Counted from the stretch's first letter, positions 27,611-36,589 are shown. The stretch: DNA of 64,000 nt from an uncultured Elusimicrobia bacterium (GCA_964510095.1 CAZEAE010000015.1:33-64032); one strand, 5' to 3'. Numbers and translations: made by a program. Notes: a model not told the origin generated them from the letters alone.

Positions 27611-29620
27611 CTAAGGCCAGAAGTGGACGGCGGCGGCTCCGGCGGCGGCGCCGACGGCCAGAGCCACGATGAAGCCGACGGGGCCCAGGCCGATGGCCAC
27701 GGCCAGCAGGCCGAAAAGCCCCAGCCCAAGGGAGGCGCCGGCGACGCGGTCCATCTTATCGTTGAAGCTAAGGGGGGCGGGCGCTTGCGGGCCGGTGATA
27801 TTGGGCGTCCCCGGGACCGGGGTGCTGGGCGGAGCGGGCGGCCCCGGCGGGGTCGGCGGCCTGGGACCGGGCGGCGGCAGCGGCGGGTTAGGATCGATCG
27901 GCCCCTGGCCGCGGCAGAGCTCGGCGGAACGCGACGCCTTCTCGAGCGCCGCGCCGGCCCGGACGTCCTCGGCCCGCGACTGATTGGCGGCGGCGGAGCT
28001 CTTCGCCTCCATCGTCACGAGCTGATCATAAGCCTTAGGCGTCTCGGGACTGGCGATCCGCACGCCCGAGGCCGCATGCGGGCAGTAGTATTTGAGCAGG
28101 TCCGCCTCGATGAGGTTCTTCTTAGCCAGCATCGCCGCGACGCCGGCGTCAGGAGCGTCGAGCTGGGCTTTCACCGCGGCCAGGATCCGAGGCTTCCAGC
28201 GGGCCGCGACGACGGCGGCCTGGTTCGGGTCGCCCGCGGCCTTGATGAGCTCGGCCTCCTTGGCGGCGCGGTCCGGGGCGGAGCTCAGGAGGTGCTCGAC
28301 GAAGGCCCGCTCCACAGGCTCGGAGAAGACCTTGGCGATGGCCTCGGCGATGGTCGGCGCCTTCGGGGGGATGGGCGGCTCCGGCGGCTTGGGCGCGGGG
28401 AAAAGAGTCTCGAAGGTCTGGCCGGGCTTGAGCGAGGCCGCCGCCCATTCGGGCAGCGCCGTGTCGGGCTTGCCCCCCACGTAGCTCCTGAGGTCCTTGC
28501 GGACCAGCTTGCGCAGGTGGCTCGTCATGCGCGCGCCTGCGCCCTTGTCTCCGGCCTTCTCAGCCGCGTCGGCTTCGCCCGCGATGCGCACGAGGTGCTC
28601 CCAAAGGCTGGGTTCGATCCGCTTGAGCCGCCACTGTATATAAGTCGCTTCGAAAGGGGTGAAGCGGTCGAGCGTGCGCTCGCCGGGCCCGTCCTTGGCC
28701 GGCGTCTTGAGATAGGCCTTGGCTTGCACCATGACCTTGCCCTGCCATTTCTTGACGAGGCCGTCCATCTTGGAAGGCTCGCTGTCGGCGGTCTTCTGGT
28801 CGGCCTTGAAGGCCGCCCTTTCCCGGTCGCCGGAGATGAGGTAGGTCAGGACGGCATGCTCCTGGTCGCTGAAGCGGTGGATGAAGGGCTTGCCGGCGGG
28901 CGGCGCCGGCATGTCGATATAGGTCATCTCCGCCTCGTGATAGAAGGGCATGAGACGGTTCTTATCCATGCTGACCAAGGCTTCGGCGCGGAAGGCGACC
29001 TGCGCGAACTCTTTCTTAGGATCGATCGTGCCCCAACGGACGCGGCTGCGGTAGTCGCGGGAGGCCGCCCTGATGATAGCCCGGCAATGGCGCACCTTCT
29101 GCTGAAGCAGGTAGTGCTCCTCGGGGCTGCGCGGCACGGTGATCTCGATCCATTCCCGCTTGAACCTCTCGAAAACCGGCTCCGGCGCCCAGCGCAGGTA
29201 GCTGACGATCAGGTCGGACTCGTAATCGCTGAGCTTTTCCTTGTCGCCGGCGCCGCCGGCGGAGGCGCGCCAATACTCGTCGACCGCCGGCTTGTAGGTG
29301 CGGCGCATCTCGAAGCCGAAGAACTCGCCGGCGCCGTACTGCCACCAAGGCAGCTTCTTGATCATCAGCTGCGTCCAGTTGTATTCCTTCCAGGCCTTAT
29401 CGTGCTTGGCCTTGCGTTCGAAAGGGTAGCCGGTCCTGGGCTTCGGGTCGGAGCCTTTGACCATGATCAGGTCGAGCAGGGAATGCTCGAAGAGGTTTTG
29501 ATGCCGATTGAGTTTCTGAGCGGAGTTGGGCTTGTCCGTGCCGTAGAGGAAATCGTTGTCGGCCGCCCTCAGCGGGGAGGTGGAGCAGGCCAGCAGGAGC
29601 AAGGCAAGCAGGTATCTGAT
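27611..29620 (-). CDS. Large secreted hypothetical protein with Pro-rich linker and C-terminal hydrophobic hairpin
   Basis: Long ORF with high-GC codon bias. The signal peptide (I)RYLLALLLLACSTSPLRA is complete only if translation starts at ATC 29620; otherwise the start is TTG 29602. Confidence 0.75.
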   Translation of the reverse strand: MRYLLALLLLACSTSPLRAADNDFLYGTDKPNSAQKLNRHQNLFEHSLLDLIMVKGSDPKPRTGYPFERKAKHDKAWKEYNWTQLMIKKLPWWQYGAGEFFGFEMRRTYKPAVDEYWRASAGGAGDKEKLSDYESDLIVSYLRWAPEPVFERFKREWIEITVPRSPEEHYLLQQKVRHCRAIIRAASRDYRSRVRWGTIDPKKEFAQVAFRAEALVSMDKNRLMPFYHEAEMTYIDMPAPPAGKPFIHRFSDQEHAVLTYLISGDRERAAFKADQKTADSEPSKMDGLVKKWQGKVMVQAKAYLKTPAKDGPGERTLDRFTPFEATYIQWRLKRIEPSLWEHLVRIAGEADAAEKAGDKGAGARMTSHLRKLVRKDLRSYVGGKPDTALPEWAAASLKPGQTFETLFPAPKPPEPPIPPKAPTIAEAIAKVFSEPVERAFVEHLLSSAPDRAAKEAELIKAAGDPNQAAVVAARWKPRILAAVKAQLDAPDAGVAAMLAKKNLIEADLLKYYCPHAASGVRIASPETPKAYDQLVTMEAKSSAAANQSRAEDVRAGAALEKASRSAELCRGQGPIDPNPPLPPPGPRPPTPPGPPAPPSTPVPGTPNITGPQAPAPLSFNDKMDRVAGASLGLGLFGLLAVAIGLGPVGFIVALAVGAAAGAAAVHFWP

Positions 29621-29636
29621 GTCCCTATTATAACCC

Positions 29637-29694
29637 GGGGCCGATCATTGCGCCTGGGCCAAAGGCCCCCGCCGCGAATAGGCCCAAAGGCCTA
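29637..29694. promoter_or_regulatory. GG(N)CC-pair motif cluster B
   Basis: gggccaaaggccc and taggcccaaaggccta; the latter is the exact reverse complement of 20863-20878. Confidence 0.5.
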
Positions 29695-30195
29695 CGGCGC
29701 CGCGGCCAGCTTTCTCCACGCCGAGCGGAGCTCCTCGGGCCGCAGCGCCGACAGATGGTGCTTGAAGCGTATCGTCCCGGCCCCATCGACGATATAGAGG
29801 TTGCGCAGCGGGCAGGTCCCCGGCGGGTGCTTCTGCCCAAGACGCAGCGCGACGACGTCGTCGGGATCGAGAAGGATCGGGAAGCCGCACTCGCGCGCGA
29901 CCTGCCCAGGCAGCGGGTCGTCGACAGCCAAGATGCTTACCGCCAGCACGCGCAGGAGCCCGGGGGACTCGCCCAGGAGCTCCCCCAGCAAAGGGATCTT
30001 CGCCCGGCAGTCCGAACAGAGGTTCGTCAGCCAAAGCACCGTATACGCCCCGGACTTCCCTTGATAAAGCGAATGCTCTTTGCCGGCCGTGTCGCGCAGG
30101 GTGAAATCAGGGAAGCACCCGCCCAGTTCCGTTCCAGGATGGAACAGCGCGCGCAAGGGCCAGAGCAGCCGCCACAACCGGATCGAGGCACTCAT
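29692..30195 (-). CDS. Redoxin/AhpC-TSA-type thioredoxin-fold protein
   Basis: PDFTLRDTAG, CSDC motif, FPILLDPD and IVDGAGTIRF. Confidence 0.82.
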   Translation of the reverse strand: MSASIRLWRLLWPLRALFHPGTELGGCFPDFTLRDTAGKEHSLYQGKSGAYTVLWLTNLCSDCRAKIPLLGELLGESPGLLRVLAVSILAVDDPLPGQVARECGFPILLDPDDVVALRLGQKHPPGTCPLRNLYIVDGAGTIRFKHHLSALRPEELRSAWRKLAAAP

Positions 30196-30228
30196 GAGGT
30201 AATTGAACTAGATTTTTGCGAACCGCGC

Positions 30229-30254
30229 TTGCCAAGCCTGGCAACTCCGTTGCG
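30229..30254 (+). promoter_or_regulatory. TTGCCA-N4-TGGCAA palindrome overlapping a sigma54-like -24/-12 element
   Basis: 30229-30244 is a perfect 6-4-6 inverted repeat. 30239-30254 (TGGCAActccgTTGCg) has correct GG/GC spacing and lies 14 nt before ATG 30268. Confidence 0.45.
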
Positions 30255-30267
30255 TCACTTAAACACC

Positions 30268-31293
30268 ATGCCAAAACTCCCCCTGAAGCTGAGAGTCCCC
30301 CCGCCCATCGACCCGCTGAACGTCTTCCCGATCTCCTGGCCGAAAAGCCCGCAGATCACCTACGACCTCTTCGAGCTGGCCAAGGCCCAGCAATGGGACC
30401 CGGAGCAGCTCGATTGGCAGACCCTGACCGACGCCAGGATCACGGCCGAAGAGCGTCTGGCCATCGGCTACTGGTTCTCGATCCTGGGCATCTTCGACGC
30501 CGCCGCGCCCCCCGTGTTCGCCCATGCCCTCATCGAGATGTTCAAGAACAAGGAAGAAGACGGCGTGCGCAAATGCTTCTCGACGATCCTGCGAGACGAG
30601 CTCAATCATGAGGAGGTCTGCCGAAAAGCCACGGTGGCCTGCCTGCCCGGGAACCCTTACGGCCCTCTGCTCTGGACGCCGAGAACGGCTCTGGAGAAAG
30701 GGGCCTACAACAACATCCAGTGGGCCTATCATAACGGCGCCCGCTACTGGGACGGCTACGTCCGCGCCTTCGACAAATACCCTTTCGCCGTGATGTTCAC
30801 CTCCTTCCTCATGGGCGAGGTCGCCGCGACGACGCTCTTCTCCGAGATGGGCAAGGCCGCCAAGATCCCGGTGTTCCAGGACGTCTTCAAGCGCGTCAGC
30901 CGCGACGAGGCCCGCCACGCGCGCATGGCGCTCTACCTCACGAAGCGCACCTTCCCCACCCTCCCCCAAGAGCAGAAGGAATTCATCACCAAGCAGCTCA
31001 GGGCGGGCTTCATCTTCCTTTCGCTCATCCTCTTCAAACCCTTCCCCGGCAAGTTCTGGGAGCTGCCCGACACCTTCCTGGACTACCACGACGTCCTCCA
31101 GGACGCGGCCCAGTCCGCGGGTCTCGGCATCCTCCCCATGAAGGCGCGCGAGGAGGCCTGGCGCAACGCCATGCTCAAGGTGAAGAAGACGGTGGAAGCC
31201 TACGGCATCGCCTTCCCCGCCATGCCCGAGGTCGGACTCATGGGCCAGGAGGTCGCCGAGGAAGATCTGGAGACGATCGTCCCGGTGTTTTGA
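30268..31293 (+). CDS. Ferritin-like diiron-carboxylate protein
   Basis: Two D/ExxH motifs, RDELNHEE and RDEARH, with Glu-bearing helices in between. Confidence 0.8.
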   Translation: MPKLPLKLRVPPPIDPLNVFPISWPKSPQITYDLFELAKAQQWDPEQLDWQTLTDARITAEERLAIGYWFSILGIFDAAAPPVFAHALIEMFKNKEEDGVRKCFSTILRDELNHEEVCRKATVACLPGNPYGPLLWTPRTALEKGAYNNIQWAYHNGARYWDGYVRAFDKYPFAVMFTSFLMGEVAATTLFSEMGKAAKIPVFQDVFKRVSRDEARHARMALYLTKRTFPTLPQEQKEFITKQLRAGFIFLSLILFKPFPGKFWELPDTFLDYHDVLQDAAQSAGLGILPMKAREEAWRNAMLKVKKTVEAYGIAFPAMPEVGLMGQEVAEEDLETIVPVF

Positions 31294-31297
31294 GCCG

Positions 31298-32116
31298 ATG
31301 AGCGACCTAAGGCGCGGCTCGCGCGAGCATAAGGAGCTGATGTGCCGGTTCTTCACCGACAGCTTCAAGCGTCTCGACCCGGCCTCCGTCGACTGGCCGG
31401 ATCTGGCGCCGGCCGATTTGGAGCGCCTGAAGGCGCTGCCGGTCTGGGAAGAGGCCGTCAAGACCGAGGCCACGACGGCGCTCCTGGTCCAGGCTTTCGG
31501 GAAGAAGACCAAGGACGTCGACCTCAAAGAAGCCATCGCCATGAACGGCTTCGAGGAGGGGCGCCATGCGGCGCTGCTGGCGGGGCTGACGAAGCGCTAC
31601 GGCATCCCTGTCGGCGAGTTCGACCCGACGCCCGACGTCGACGCCGAGTGGGGATTCCTGAAGGTCGGCTACGGGGAGTGCTTCGACTCCTTCTTCGGCT
31701 TCGGGCTCTTCGCCTTGGCGAAGGAATCCGGGTATTTCTCCCCGGAGCTGGTCCGCATCTTCGACCCCATCATGCAGGAAGAGGCGCGCCATATCATCTT
31801 CCACGCCAATTGGACGGCATACACGAAAGCCCAGCAGCCGTCCTTCGAGCAGCTGTCGTTCTCCTTCAAAGAGGCCTTGGCGCTGTCGCATCAGACCCTC
31901 AGCCGCGTCAAGACCGCCCTGCGGATGAGCAGCTCCAGCCCGCAGGACAACTTCACTATGAACGCCCATGAATCCTTCGGGGATTTCTCGATGAAGCAGT
32001 TCATCGAGACCTGCCTCCGGGAGAACGCCCGGCGCCTGGCGCCCTATGACGAGAGGCTGCTGCGGCCGACCTTCATGCCGAAGCTCGCCAAGGGCGTGCT
32101 GGCGCTGCTGCCTTAG
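31298..32116 (+). CDS. Ferritin-like diiron protein (second, distinct family)
   Basis: FEEGRH and QEEARH motifs; WEEAVKTE; YGECFDSFFGFGLF. Confidence 0.8.
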   Translation: MSDLRRGSREHKELMCRFFTDSFKRLDPASVDWPDLAPADLERLKALPVWEEAVKTEATTALLVQAFGKKTKDVDLKEAIAMNGFEEGRHAALLAGLTKRYGIPVGEFDPTPDVDAEWGFLKVGYGECFDSFFGFGLFALAKESGYFSPELVRIFDPIMQEEARHIIFHANWTAYTKAQQPSFEQLSFSFKEALALSHQTLSRVKTALRMSSSSPQDNFTMNAHESFGDFSMKQFIETCLRENARRLAPYDERLLRPTFMPKLAKGVLALLP

Positions 32117-33036
32117 CGCGCGGGCCTGGAGAGGCCGCGCGCCGCGCTCACGAGGGCCAGGGCCAGCGCGCCGGCGACGACGCCGGCCAGAGCGTCCAAT
32201 AAAGACGGAGCGAAGACAGCGAGCGCGCCGCCGATGGCCGGGACGCGCGCGGCCGCCTCGGCGGCAAGACGCCCCGCGTCCTGCGCGCCGGGCAAGGCGT
32301 GCGTCAGGATGCCGCCGCCGACCATGAACATGGCCGCGGTCCCGAGCACGGAGAGGCACCTCATCAGGACGGGCGCGGCGCGGAGCAGCAGACGCCCAAG
32401 GGGGGCGGAGAGCTCCCTGCGGCTCAGGATGAGGCCGACGTCGTCCATTTTGACGATGGCGGCCACGAAGCCGTAGACGAGGACGGTGATAAGCAGGGCA
32501 ACAGCCGTCAGGACGCCGGCCCTCACGAAGAAAGACGCGCCTGCGGCCACGCCCAGAGTGATGGCGATGATCTCGGCTGAGAGGATGAAGTCCGTGCGGA
32601 TGGCGCCGGCTATCTTGGCCTTTTCAAAGGCGACCAGGTCCACGGCGGGATCGGCCAAGGCCTTCACCAAGGCCGCATGCTCCTTCTTGTCCAGCGCCGG
32701 CGAGTGGATAAGCCTGTGGGCCAGCTTCTCGAACCCCTCGTAGCACAGGTAGAGCCCGCCGCATAGGAGCAGCGGCGTCACGGCCCAAGGCGCCGCGGCG
32801 CTGAGGGTGAGCGCGGAAGGCACGAGGATCGCCTTATTCTTTAAGGAGCCCTTAGCCACGGCCCAGACGACGGGCAGCTCGCGCTCGGCCCTGACGCCCG
32901 CGACCTGGTCGGCGTTGAGCGCCAGGTCGTCGCCCAGCACGCCCGAGGTCTTCTTGGCCGCGGCCTGGGCCAGGATGGCCACGTCGTCTAGGACCGTGGC
33001 GATGTCGTCGAGGAGGGCGAGGAGGCTGGTGGCCAT
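32113..33036 (-). CDS. DUF808-family inner membrane protein (YedI-like)
   Basis: MATSLLALLDDIA...KKTSGVLGDDLALNADQV, RELPVVWAVAKGS and IRTDFILSAEI motifs. Confidence 0.92.
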   Translation of the reverse strand: MATSLLALLDDIATVLDDVAILAQAAAKKTSGVLGDDLALNADQVAGVRAERELPVVWAVAKGSLKNKAILVPSALTLSAAAPWAVTPLLLCGGLYLCYEGFEKLAHRLIHSPALDKKEHAALVKALADPAVDLVAFEKAKIAGAIRTDFILSAEIIAITLGVAAGASFFVRAGVLTAVALLITVLVYGFVAAIVKMDDVGLILSRRELSAPLGRLLLRAAPVLMRCLSVLGTAAMFMVGGGILTHALPGAQDAGRLAAEAAARVPAIGGALAVFAPSLLDALAGVVAGALALALVSAARGLSRPAR

Positions 33037-33137
33037 GAGGGCAATAGACGCGTCATCGTCGCCGCATCCTGAGTGTACTGATTTTAAAGACTGCGGTGTA
33101 GTGCTATAGCGCCAAAATGGTACCAAATAATAGATAC

Positions 33138-33167
33138 TTGACATATACACTAATTGTCTGTTATATA
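33138..33167 (+). promoter_or_regulatory. Strong sigma70-like promoter of the AbiE module
   Basis: TTGACA-N18-TATATA with an extended -10 TG, in an AT-rich spacer. Confidence 0.65.
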
Positions 33168-33201
33168 TATAAGCAGCTGCCCGGATGGCAGCCCCCGGCT
33201 T

Positions 33202-33969
33202 ATGGCAACCAAGTCCTTCGAACTTCGGGAACTCTTCCACCTGGCGCTTCTGCGCCAGCTCGGCACTCGCCTCTCCGGCCGCTCCTACGCCGTGAAGGGA
33301 GGAATATGCCTACGATTCTTCCATCGCTCCCCCCGCCTCTCCGAAGATATGGACTTGGATATCGTCTCGCAGGTAAGAGCTGCGACCCTGGAGAAAGCAG
33401 TCGACTCAGTCATCGACGGCCGGGCCATGCTAGCCACGCTCATACCGCTCGGAGTCACGGCGATAAAGGCGACGAAGCCTAAGCAGACTGACACGACGCA
33501 GCGTTGGAAAGTGATGCTCCAAATGAGCGCCGGCGAAGAGCTGCGCACGAAAGTTGAATTCAGTCGTCGCCGAGACAAGATCCGATACTCCACAGGGGTC
33601 CCGGACTCGAATCTCCTGAAGCGATATAAGGCCACTCCCTTCGCCGCTCAGTATTACGATGCCACGTTCATGTCTGCGCAAAAGATCGCGGCCCTCGCAG
33701 CCGATGGAAGGAATGCCCTGCGCGATTTATTCGATCTTCACCATCTGTTCTACACGATAGGCAGCAAACCCGAAGAAGTGAGCGCCCTTCTTGAGCCGGA
33801 GATGGTGAAGGCCGCTGCCGAGAAGGTGCTCTCTTTTACTTTTGAAGATTTTAAGGAACAAGTCGTGCCCTATCTCAGCGCAGACCTAATGGATCTCTAT
33901 CGGGATTCCGTCGTGTTCGACGCGCAAAAGGATGGATCGATCTCGATACTGCTTGGGATGCTGAAATGA
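33202..33969 (+). CDS. abiEii: AbiEii/AbiGii-family nucleotidyltransferase toxin (type IV TA)
   Basis: KGGICLRFFHRSPRLSEDMDLD signature, KVEFS, QKIAAL..R...RDLFDL. Confidence 0.9.
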   Translation: MATKSFELRELFHLALLRQLGTRLSGRSYAVKGGICLRFFHRSPRLSEDMDLDIVSQVRAATLEKAVDSVIDGRAMLATLIPLGVTAIKATKPKQTDTTQRWKVMLQMSAGEELRTKVEFSRRRDKIRYSTGVPDSNLLKRYKATPFAAQYYDATFMSAQKIAALAADGRNALRDLFDLHHLFYTIGSKPEEVSALLEPEMVKAAAEKVLSFTFEDFKEQVVPYLSADLMDLYRDSVVFDAQKDGSISILLGMLK

Positions 33970-34601
33970 CCGCCGCGAAAATCATCAGTCTCCTTCGAAA
34001 GCACGATCTGCGAGTCTTCACGACCGCGGATTTAATCACGCTCACCGGGCTGACCGATGTCGCGGCAAGCCAGGCTCTCCTGCGCCTGGCTTGCCAAAAT
34101 CTAGTCGTCAGGATCAAACGCGGCGTCTGGGTGAGCGGATTAGTCTCTGATCTCAATGCCTACGAAGCTGTCCCCTTCCTCAGGGCTCCATGGCCAGCCT
34201 ATGTCTCCCTTCACACCGCTCTCGCCGATTATGGGGTAATCGAAGAGATCCCCCACGTGATCTATGCTGTGACATCCACGATGCCCAGGAAATACCCCAC
34301 TCCTATCGGCGAATTCAGGTTCCATCACCTGCCGGAGCGCCTCATGTGGGGATTCGAGGTTCGCCAGACGGGCTCGGGAAGCTATCCCGTGGCAGATCGC
34401 GAGAAGGCATTCCTTGATCTCCTCTACCTGGCGCTGACGCCGCGCTCCCCCCTCCAGGCGCCGCACAAGAGGGGGCGTACGTGGGAGTTGGACAAAGCCA
34501 AACTCACTGTTTACGCCAAACGGTTCCGCTACGCTCCCTTGGAATCCTGGCTTAAAGCCAATAACCTTTGGATTTCGGCCGCGGCTAGGCGGCCACCGTA
34601 G
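33966..34601 (+). CDS. abiEi: AbiEi-family antitoxin / wHTH transcriptional regulator (type IV TA)
   Basis: N-terminal wHTH (VFTTADL...LLRL...RIKRGVW), YVSLHTALADYG.IEEIP and ADREKAFLDLLY. ATGA-coupled to the toxin gene. Confidence 0.85.
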   Translation: MTAAKIISLLRKHDLRVFTTADLITLTGLTDVAASQALLRLACQNLVVRIKRGVWVSGLVSDLNAYEAVPFLRAPWPAYVSLHTALADYGVIEEIPHVIYAVTSTMPRKYPTPIGEFRFHHLPERLMWGFEVRQTGSGSYPVADREKAFLDLLYLALTPRSPLQAPHKRGRTWELDKAKLTVYAKRFRYAPLESWLKANNLWISAAARRPP

Positions 34602-34995
34602 GAGGAGCGGCGGGTTTTTCTCCTCGGAGAACGAAGGGCGTCTTCACTTCTTCAGGCAGCAGATCGACCTTCTCGAACACCGCATGCTCGCGGTTAGGCT
34701 GGCTGTCCAAGGAGGTCTGGTGCCCCGCCAGCGTCGCGGTCGGCACCATCTTGATGGTCTCCCACGGGCAGTCCTTGGCGCAGAGCTGGCAGCCGATGCA
34801 GATGTCGTAGTTGACGTACACGCCGAAGGTGGACGGGTCCTCGCCGAACTTCTCGATGCAGCTGGGCACCGGACAGACGGCGATGCACACCTCGCAGCCG
34901 GTGCAGGCGCCCAGGTTGACCAGAGCCTTGATCTTCGCCTTGGACGCGCCCTTGACCAGCGCGGCGCGGCGGGCGTCGTTCTGGATCGAAGCCAT
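34585..34995 (-). CDS. 2x[4Fe-4S] ferredoxin-like protein
   Basis: CTGCEVCIAVCP and CIGCQLCAKDCP; ATG 34995 overlaps the bcp TAA. Confidence 0.9.
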   Translation of the reverse strand: MASIQNDARRAALVKGASKAKIKALVNLGACTGCEVCIAVCPVPSCIEKFGEDPSTFGVYVNYDICIGCQLCAKDCPWETIKMVPTATLAGHQTSLDSQPNREHAVFEKVDLLPEEVKTPFVLRGEKPAAPPTVAA

Positions 34996-35435
34996 TACAG
35001 CGCCTCCAGGACGCCCTTCACGTGGCCCGCGACCGAGACCTTGCGGATCACGTCCTTGAGCCGGCCGTCCGGGCCGATGACGAAGGTGGAGCGCACCACG
35101 CCCATGAATTTCCGGCCGTAAAGCGTCTTCTCCTGCCAGACGCCGTAAGCCTTGCAAAGGGCCTTATCCTCATCGGCGATCAGCGGGAAAGGGAGAGCCT
35201 GCTTGGCCCTGAAGCCTTCATGCGACTTCTCGGAGTCGGGGCTGACCCCCAGGATCACGGCGCCCTTCTTTAAAAAAGCCTTATAGTTATCGCGAAAATC
35301 GCAGGCTTCCGTCGTGCAGCCCGGCGTGTTGTCCCTAGGGTAAAAGTAAAGGACGACGGTCTTTCCTTTGTGCTCCTTGAGCGCGGCGAACGCCGGGGCC
35401 GCGTCTCCCGCCTGGAGCTCCGTGAGCGTCTTCAT
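34995..35435 (-). CDS. bcp: Peroxiredoxin BCP/PrxQ
   Basis: FYPRDNTPGCTTEACDFRD, GVSPDS and RSTFVI motifs. Confidence 0.95.
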   Translation of the reverse strand: MKTLTELQAGDAAPAFAALKEHKGKTVVLYFYPRDNTPGCTTEACDFRDNYKAFLKKGAVILGVSPDSEKSHEGFRAKQALPFPLIADEDKALCKAYGVWQEKTLYGRKFMGVVRSTFVIGPDGRLKDVIRKVSVAGHVKGVLEAL

Positions 35436-35459
35436 CGAGCGCTAGTATAACACTTGGCT

Positions 35460-36575
35460 TCAAAGGCCGTCAATCCAGGCCGCGATCTCCGCGACGATGC
35501 GCCGCGCGGAATCCGGATGCCCCAAAGCCCGCGCGCCGCGGCTCAGGGCCTCCAGGCGCGGGCGGTCCTCCAGGAGGGATTTGACCTGTCTTCCCAGCGA
35601 GGCGCCGCCGGCGGCCCTAAGCGCCGCTCCGTGCTTGACCAGGAAACGCGCGTTGCGCTCCTCCTGGCCCGGGATCGGGTCGAGCGCCAAGAGCGGCACG
35701 CCCATGGCCGCCGCTTCAGCCGAGCTCAAGCCCCCCGGTTTGCCGATGAGAAGGTCGCAGGCCGCCAGCAGCGCGGCCATCCGGGCCGGTTCCTGATAGC
35801 CCAGCGCCCGCAGCCTGCGGTCGCCGGCATGAGCCTCCTGGAGCGTCCTGAGCACCCTCGCGTTGCGCCCGCAGACGGCCAAGATCAGCACGGAGCCGAG
35901 CTTCTCCAGCAGCAGCCCCGCCGCCCTGGCGATCCCCCCCAAGCCCCGCGTGCCGCCCGACAAGATTATCACGCGCGTCTCCAGCGATACGCCGAGGGCG
36001 CGGCGCGCCTGCGCGCGAGTTGGAGGCGAGGCGAAAGCCTCGTGGATCGGGATGCCGAAGGGCCGGATGTCGGCCGCCCGGATGCCGTGCTCGCGCAAGA
36101 CGCCGGCGGACTGTTCGCCGGCCGTGAAGTAGAGGTCCGCGCGGGGGCTGGCCCAATACCTGTGTATGCCGAAGTCGGTGACGACTGCGACCAGCGGGCA
36201 GGAAAGGCCGCCCCGCCGCTTTTCCTCGATGAGGAACCCCAGCGGCGCCGCATGGGTGCAAACGATGGCATCCGGACGGGCCTTGCGTACAGCCTCTTCG
36301 ACGCGCGCCGCCCCGAAGAAGAGATACACCCGCCGCACGCCCCGCACCAGCTTTATCACGGCCGGGTTATCGTACAGGTAATCCCAGAATCCGGGAAAGA
36401 CGCCGATGACCCCCAGGTAGACCTTCGCCAACGCCTTGCCCAGGACGGGATGAAAATCCGAAGAGACGGCGATGCGTTGGGTCTGGTGCCCCATCGCTCG
36501 CGCCCTCTCCTCCAAAGCCTCAGCCGCGCTGGCGTGCCCGGAGGGCTCGTGACCGTAGACGAACAGCAAGCGCAT
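35460..36575 (-). CDS. GT28 MGDG-synthase/UgtP-like glycosyltransferase
   Basis: GHASAAEAL, PDAIVCTH, VVTDF..H..W, LLIGKPGGLS and PIPGQEERNA motifs. Confidence 0.88.
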   Translation of the reverse strand: MRLLFVYGHEPSGHASAAEALEERARAMGHQTQRIAVSSDFHPVLGKALAKVYLGVIGVFPGFWDYLYDNPAVIKLVRGVRRVYLFFGAARVEEAVRKARPDAIVCTHAAPLGFLIEEKRRGGLSCPLVAVVTDFGIHRYWASPRADLYFTAGEQSAGVLREHGIRAADIRPFGIPIHEAFASPPTRAQARRALGVSLETRVIILSGGTRGLGGIARAAGLLLEKLGSVLILAVCGRNARVLRTLQEAHAGDRRLRALGYQEPARMAALLAACDLLIGKPGGLSSAEAAAMGVPLLALDPIPGQEERNARFLVKHGAALRAAGGASLGRQVKSLLEDRPRLEALSRGARALGHPDSARRIVAEIAAWIDGL

Positions 36576-36589
36576 GGTGGGATTAGACC

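Noticed and set aside
27623-29797. 724-aa plus-strand ORF, and similar long antisense ORFs at 10673-12460, 21701-23152, 39309-41201, 45550-48453, 50899-53838 and 58976-60226
   Set aside because: Shadow ORFs opposite well-supported genes. Stop-poor antisense frames are expected in high-GC DNA, and the translations have no motifs.
33037-34601. Prophage, integron or IS boundaries around the AbiE module
   Set aside because: No integrase, transposase, tRNA target or flanking direct repeats could be found by eye.
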